Below, in pieces: positions 29,592 to 34,605 of a DNA stretch of 34,605 nt (within the stretch, counting starts at the first letter, position 1; each line of letters begins with the position of its first letter). The position numbers and the translations under genes are program-made. The stretch is from Abditibacteriaceae bacterium. GTDB taxonomy: Bacteria > Armatimonadota > Abditibacteriia > Abditibacteriales > Abditibacteriaceae. The stretch lies in contig JANMKN010000288.1 in NCBI GenBank assembly GCA_031372065.1, forward strand, positions 1-34,605. The letters are read 5' to 3'. The notes under the pieces are model-generated. The model did not search any database and was not told the DNA's origin. It was given only the letters and a program-made list of their open reading frames with translations.

Positions 29592-30644
29592 TTGAAAAAG
29601 CGTGCATTAATCACGGGAATTACCGGACAGGACGGCAGTTATTTAGCGGAGTTGTTATTGGAAAAAGATTACGAAGTGCATGGCGTGGTGCGCCGCGCTT
29701 CGTCGCCCAGCACATCACGCATAGATCAGCTTTTGCAAACCTCGTTGCCGCCCGAAAAACAGGTCGTTTTGCATTTTGGCGACATGGCCGATGCGTCTGG
29801 CTTGCGCACCATTGTGGATGATGTGCAGCCCGATGAAGTTTATAATCTGGCAGCGCAGTCGCACGTTAAAGTTTCGTTTGATCAGCCGGAATACACGGCG
29901 GATGTGGTCGGTGTCGGCACTTTGCGATTGCTCGAAGCGGTGCGCGCTTTTCAAAATCGCAGCGGCAAAAAAACTCGTTTTTATCAGGCCAGCAGCAGCG
30001 AAATGTTCGGCGCGGCCAAGCCGCCACAGTCTATTCTGACTCCGTTTCATCCGCGCAGCCCCTACGCTGTTGCCAAAGTGCAAGCCTTTTGGCACACAGT
30101 CAACCATCGCGAATCGTATGGAATGTTCAACTGCAACGGCATTCTTTTCAATCATGAAGGCCCGCGTCGTGGCGAAACGTTTGTGACGCGCAAAATCACG
30201 CGCGCGGTAGGTCGCATTAAAATGGGCTTACAAGATAAATTAGCGCTTGGAAATTTGGATGCGCTGCGCGATTGGGGCCACGCGCGCGATTTCGTTGAAG
30301 CGATGTGGATGATGTTACAACACGATTCGCCCGGCGATTATGTTGTGGCAACTGGCGAAGCGCATACGGTGCGCGAGTTTGCCAATCACGCTTTTGCCGC
30401 TGTGGATTTGAACTATGAAGATTTTGTGGTGGTTGACCCGCGCTTTTTCCGGCCTGCCGAAGTGGACTTTCTGCTGGGCGACATCACCGATATAAAATCG
30501 CGTTTGGGCTGGCAGCCACGCACCACATTTGAAGGCTTGGTGCAGGAAATGGTGGCCGCCGATTTGGAAATTGCGCAACGCGAAAAATTGTTTTTGGAAG
30601 CCAATCCCGGTAGCGCCTTAAAAGGCTCCGTCGAATCGCTATAA
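29592..30644 (+). CDS. gmd: GDP-mannose 4,6-dehydratase
   Basis: TTG start after AAGGAG. Motifs [46 protein letters not shown] and RPAEVD. Confidence 0.95.
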   Translation: MKKRALITGITGQDGSYLAELLLEKDYEVHGVVRRASSPSTSRIDQLLQTSLPPEKQVVLHFGDMADASGLRTIVDDVQPDEVYNLAAQSHVKVSFDQPEYTADVVGVGTLRLLEAVRAFQNRSGKKTRFYQASSSEMFGAAKPPQSILTPFHPRSPYAVAKVQAFWHTVNHRESYGMFNCNGILFNHEGPRRGETFVTRKITRAVGRIKMGLQDKLALGNLDALRDWGHARDFVEAMWMMLQHDSPGDYVVATGEAHTVREFANHAFAAVDLNYEDFVVVDPRFFRPAEVDFLLGDITDIKSRLGWQPRTTFEGLVQEMVAADLEIAQREKLFLEANPGSALKGSVESL

Positions 30645-30664
30645 GTGGCGAAACAAGGTGAACT

Positions 30665-32053
30665 ATGGCTGGAATTTTCAAGGCGTATGATATTCGCGGC
30701 ATTGTCGGCAAAGAATTAACAACCACGCGCGCTTATTGGATTGGCCGCGCCTTGGCTGCGGAAGTGTTTGAATGCAAAGGCCCGATTGTCGTGACGCGCG
30801 ATATGCGCACGCATTCGCCGGAAATATCCAATGCGCTCATTCGCGGCCTGAGCGAAGGCGGCTGCGATGTGATTGATGTTGGCCTTGCCGCCACGCCGAT
30901 GAATTATTGGGCCAACAATTTCTATGAGGCGCAAGGCAGCGTTACCGTAACGGCTTCGCATAACGGGCCGGAATATAATGGTTTCAAAGTCAGCGGCCCG
31001 CAAGCTACGCCGCGCGATTTTATTACCGGTCTGGACAAAGTCGAAGCCTTCGTTTTGGAAGCCGAAAGTGGCCATGATGAAATCGCTGCCGATGAACCGG
31101 GCGCCATTTCGCAAACCGAAGGCGCGCTGGAGCAGTATCTTGATTTCATGGCGCAGTTTGTGGCGCCCGGCAACCAAAAAGTGAAAATCGCCATTGATGC
31201 CGCCAATGGCATGGCCGGTTCGTTTTTGCCGGAGTTTGTTAAGCGTTTTGATTGGCTCGAAACGGTGCCGCTTTATTGGGATTTGGACGGCACTTTTCCC
31301 AATCACGAAGCCGACCCGCTCAAAGCCGAAAATCTGCATGATGTGCAAGCTAAAACGCGCGAAACAGGCTGCGATTTTGGCGTGGCTTACGATGGCGATG
31401 CAGATCGCTGTATGTTTGTGGACGAAAAAGGCGAGGCGGTTTCCAGCGATTTAATCACGGCGCTGATTGCCGCTTCGGTTTTGGAAAAACACCCCGGCGG
31501 CGCCATTTTGTTCGACTTGCGCTCCTCGCAAATCGTGCCCGAATGGATTGAAAAACACGGCGGAAAGCCGGTGCGCGGGCGCGTTGGGCACTCGTTTATG
31601 AAACGCTTGCTTAAAGAAAAAAATGCGCCCTTTGGCGGCGAACTTTCCGGTCATTATTATTTCGCCGATTGCTTCAATACCGATTCGGGCTTGATGGCGA
31701 TGATTCAAATGCTCAACTTATGGCGAGCCGCGCAGGAAATCGAGCCAACACCGCTTTCGCAGTTAGTCGCGCCACTGCGCCGATACAGTGCAACGGGTGA
31801 AATAAATTATCGCGTGGATGATGTCAAACGCGTTTTAGAAAAAATCGAAGATCATTACAAAGCGCAAGGCGCGTGGTTAGATCATCTCGATGGCTTGACC
31901 GTGAAAATGTCCGATTGGTGGTTTAACCTGCGTTCCAGCAACACCGAACCGTTGTTGCGCTTAAATCTTGAAGCGCGCAACAGCGTCGCACGCGACGCGC
32001 ATTTGCAGGAAGTGCAAGCGTTTATTGGTGGCGAACCGGCCAAAGGGCATTGA
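30665..32053 (+). CDS. manB: Phosphomannomutase/phosphoglucomutase
   Basis: FKAYDIRG, TASHN, DGDADR, GGELSGH and R.SNTEP motifs. Confidence 0.93.
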   Translation: MAGIFKAYDIRGIVGKELTTTRAYWIGRALAAEVFECKGPIVVTRDMRTHSPEISNALIRGLSEGGCDVIDVGLAATPMNYWANNFYEAQGSVTVTASHNGPEYNGFKVSGPQATPRDFITGLDKVEAFVLEAESGHDEIAADEPGAISQTEGALEQYLDFMAQFVAPGNQKVKIAIDAANGMAGSFLPEFVKRFDWLETVPLYWDLDGTFPNHEADPLKAENLHDVQAKTRETGCDFGVAYDGDADRCMFVDEKGEAVSSDLITALIAASVLEKHPGGAILFDLRSSQIVPEWIEKHGGKPVRGRVGHSFMKRLLKEKNAPFGGELSGHYYFADCFNTDSGLMAMIQMLNLWRAAQEIEPTPLSQLVAPLRRYSATGEINYRVDDVKRVLEKIEDHYKAQGAWLDHLDGLTVKMSDWWFNLRSSNTEPLLRLNLEARNSVARDAHLQEVQAFIGGEPAKGH

Positions 32054-32078
32054 TGGCGTGATTTTCTTTGGAGGCGTT

Positions 32079-32858
32079 ATGAAGAAGGCTTTATGCCTTT
32101 GTATTTGTCTGTTTTGCGTTCCGGTTTTCGCGCAGCAGGCAAAGGTTGAGGTTCTTGGCTTGTCCATCGGCAAAAAGTTGACGCCGGCGCAGAAGGATAT
32201 CTTTCTGTTTACCAGCGAAGGCACACGCTTGCAAATCGGCATTTCGCTGCCCGGACGCACTTTTATTGGCGAAGCGCGCGACGAATGCAAATTCGGCAAA
32301 TTCACCGACGATAAAGGCACCGATCTTTTCGCGCCGCTTGGCCATGCGCCCGAAGCCGATGATTGGCTGGGTTCCTTTGGCCCGAAATTTACCGAAGACG
32401 GCAAACTATGCGGCTTGCAAATCGAAGCACCCGATTTGCCCGCCAAAGACGCCACCAAATTGCAATTTTCCGGCACGTTGGTTTTGCGCTGCGGAACCAC
32501 GCCAAAAACTGCCGAACAAAAAAGCGTGGTATTGAAAAAAGGCTCCAAAATCAGCGCCGGGCCAGTGCCTTTTGAAATCGTAGAATTACAGGTCGCAGGC
32601 AACGAAACAAAGCTGGATTTGAAGGCCACCAAAACGCTGGAACGCATCATTAAAATCGCGTTTTTCAATAAGGCAGGCAAAGAAATTAACAGCCACCGCG
32701 AGGGTTATGAAAGTAGCGCGATATTTGGCAATTATTCGATCACGCAAAGTTTCGTTTTGTCGGGCAAGCCCACCTCGGTTACCATGAAAATTTCCTACTT
32801 TGATAAAGTTGAAAACGTAACGGTGCCCGTGGAAATCTCAGCCGGTCTCGGCTTGTAA
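32079..32858 (+). CDS. Secreted hypothetical protein (beta-rich)
   Basis: GGAGG RBS, ATG 32079, and signal peptide MKKALCLCICLFCVPVFA. Confidence 0.75.
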   Translation: MKKALCLCICLFCVPVFAQQAKVEVLGLSIGKKLTPAQKDIFLFTSEGTRLQIGISLPGRTFIGEARDECKFGKFTDDKGTDLFAPLGHAPEADDWLGSFGPKFTEDGKLCGLQIEAPDLPAKDATKLQFSGTLVLRCGTTPKTAEQKSVVLKKGSKISAGPVPFEIVELQVAGNETKLDLKATKTLERIIKIAFFNKAGKEINSHREGYESSAIFGNYSITQSFVLSGKPTSVTMKISYFDKVENVTVPVEISAGLGL

Positions 32859-32934
32859 ATTGGTTATCTCCGCTCAATTTTGTAAAATGCACGGCACGCT
32901 TTGCCCAGAGGCAGGCATTTTTTAGGAGATTTGA

Positions 32935-34263
32935 ATGTCCCAAATTTTAACGCGCGCTGCCATTGTGGCGGCGCTTTTGTGTCCCGTGGCGCTGCCACTG
33001 GCTGTGCAAGCCGCCGACGAAAAACCAGCGCTCGAACATGGTTCCACTTTGCCCACGCCCGGCGTGGTTCCAACGGTGCCTGAAGTGGCTCCCGCTAAAC
33101 CGGCTCCACCCGAAATTGACGAAAAAGCCAATGTGCTATTCGCCACAGCGAGTGCCAGCTATAAGGCCCTCACGTCATTCAGCGAATTGATCGTAGTCAC
33201 GGCCACTGTTCCCAATGAAAAACCGTCTGTGCGGCGCACTCGTGTTTTTTATCAGCGTCCGAGTAAGGCTTTGGTCCTTATGAGCGATGATGAAGGCACT
33301 TCGATCATTGCCGCAGATGGCAAAACGCTTTCGATGACGGTGCCGCAAGTTAAGGGCAAATATATGCAGCGTGCCTTGCCGGAACCGGTGAATCCTGTAG
33401 ATGTTGCCTTGCAGCGCACGGGCAGTGTCGGTCCTGGATTGGATATGTGGCTTTCCGGCGAAGACCTTTTGGCGCAGGTTCGTCCGTCCATCAGCAGCCT
33501 GAAAATGGGCGTTGCGGAGCAACTGGAAGGCACCGATGTCGAAAGCGCTGTTCTCACCCTAAAAGGCCGCAGCGGCCCGGTGACGTTGACGTTTTCATTT
33601 GGCAAAAATGACCACCTATTGCGTCGCCTTTTGATGGAACGCACTGCTCAAGGCCCCGATGGCAAAGAAGCAAAAGTCACCATTGCCGAGGCGCACACCG
33701 AAGTTAAGCCTAATGACACTATTGCTCCGGCTTCGCTCAAATTTACGCCACCTATGGGCTACAAAAAAGTAGAAAGCCTTGAACCGCCCACATATGATGA
33801 AAAACTTGTTGTCGGCGGCGCGCCTTATGCCATTAACGCCAAAGATTTAAGCGGCAAAGCCTTGAATTTCGCGCAATACAAAGGCAAAGTGGTGCTGCTG
33901 GATTTTTGGGCGACATGGTGCGGCCCGTGCATGATGGAAATGCCAAATGTAGAAGCCGCTTATAAAAAATATAAGGCGCAAGGCTTCGAGATTGTTGGCA
34001 TTTCGTCGGACGAAAGCAAAAACGACCTGCAAAAAGTCGTCAAAGGTCGCAATTTGGGCTGGCGCATGATTTTCGATGGTGCCGAAGGCCCCATCAACGC
34101 CAAATATAAGGTCGTGGCAATTCCTACGTCTTTCCTCATCGGGCGCGATGGGAAAATTGCCGCGATCAACTTACGCGGCCCCGAATTGGAACCGGCTATC
34201 AAAAAAGCGCTCGCGCAAAAAACAACAGCGAAAACCGCTGTAAAACCCAAAACCAAAAGGTAG
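32935..34263 (+). CDS. Secreted LolA/DUF2092-like domain + TlpA-family redoxin
   Basis: Signal peptide, LolA-like 'YQRPSK..FTPPMG', then 'GKVVLLDFWATWCGPC' and 'IPTSFLIGRDGKI'. Confidence 0.88.
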   Translation: MSQILTRAAIVAALLCPVALPLAVQAADEKPALEHGSTLPTPGVVPTVPEVAPAKPAPPEIDEKANVLFATASASYKALTSFSELIVVTATVPNEKPSVRRTRVFYQRPSKALVLMSDDEGTSIIAADGKTLSMTVPQVKGKYMQRALPEPVNPVDVALQRTGSVGPGLDMWLSGEDLLAQVRPSISSLKMGVAEQLEGTDVESAVLTLKGRSGPVTLTFSFGKNDHLLRRLLMERTAQGPDGKEAKVTIAEAHTEVKPNDTIAPASLKFTPPMGYKKVESLEPPTYDEKLVVGGAPYAINAKDLSGKALNFAQYKGKVVLLDFWATWCGPCMMEMPNVEAAYKKYKAQGFEIVGISSDESKNDLQKVVKGRNLGWRMIFDGAEGPINAKYKVVAIPTSFLIGRDGKIAAINLRGPELEPAIKKALAQKTTAKTAVKPKTKR

Positions 34264-34292
34264 CATCAACTGTTAAAACCAGGCAGGGAAAT

Positions 34293-34327
34293 AAAGGCCG
34301 CGCTTCAAAAGCGCGGCCTTTTTTTTG
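34293..34327 (+). terminator. Rho-independent terminator
   Basis: AAAGGCCGCGCTT-CAA-AAGCGCGGCCTTT followed by a T run. Confidence 0.9.
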
Positions 34328-34605
34328 TGGTTTGAATTGTCGAAAATCGAAATAATACTGTTTTGTCTAACTTTTGTTGGCATTTTGTGTAAAATGGCCG
34401 TAAAATAGCACAGTAAGTGAAGGATGGTCTGTTGCCCGATTTTTGTTGTGCTGGCTACAAAGAACACGCTTTGTCATGAAAAACGCGCTTATTTTCAAAA
34501 AACCTGCGCCCGGATTGAGGTGGCCGCGCCCACTATCGTTTTTACCGTTGCCCGCCACGCGAGAAAGCGATTTGCTGGAGCCTCACGCGTTTCGCGCGCG
34601 ATTTC

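Noticed and set aside
34328..34605. ncRNA or small CDS at the right end
   Set aside because: AT-rich intergenic sequence with promoter-like TAAAAT boxes but no recognisable RNA family or supported ORF.

Overview
Bacterial chromosomal window of moderate GC (about 55-58% in sampled housekeeping lines). The gene style (many secreted carbohydrate-active proteins, an H-X9-DG protein, heptamer repeats) suggests an Armatimonadota/Abditibacteriota-like or PVC-like organism; this is inference only. In order: a palindromic 42-bp repeat cut by the left edge, upstream of a helical + FN3-like protein; sialate O-acetylesterase; PAS-PAS-SpoIIE phosphatase; a 443-bp internally deleted ISAs1 element with perfect 18-bp TIRs; a large secreted DUF5696/GH129-like protein preceded by a 9x21-bp tandem array; serine hydrolase; LOG protein; a GH39-like protein lacking both catalytic Glu; gyrB and gyrA split by a tightly coupled, AT-richer tcmP (SAM methyltransferase fold) + DUF5131/Gp37Gp68 (radical-SAM-like) pair; a secreted beta-propeller protein; a pseudokinase-PP2C / vWA / H-X9-DG / zinc-ribbon-FHA cluster; Sir2; two tandem gmd genes; phosphomannomutase; a secreted protein; and a LolA-like/TlpA redoxin. 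The best candidates for an undescribed system are the gyrB-tcmP-DUF5131-gyrA operon (TcmP carries a QLGLF clamp-binding-like motif), the palindromic repeat + FN3-like gene unit, and the degenerate kinase/FHA signalling cluster. All family calls come from motif recognition by eye, not database searches.
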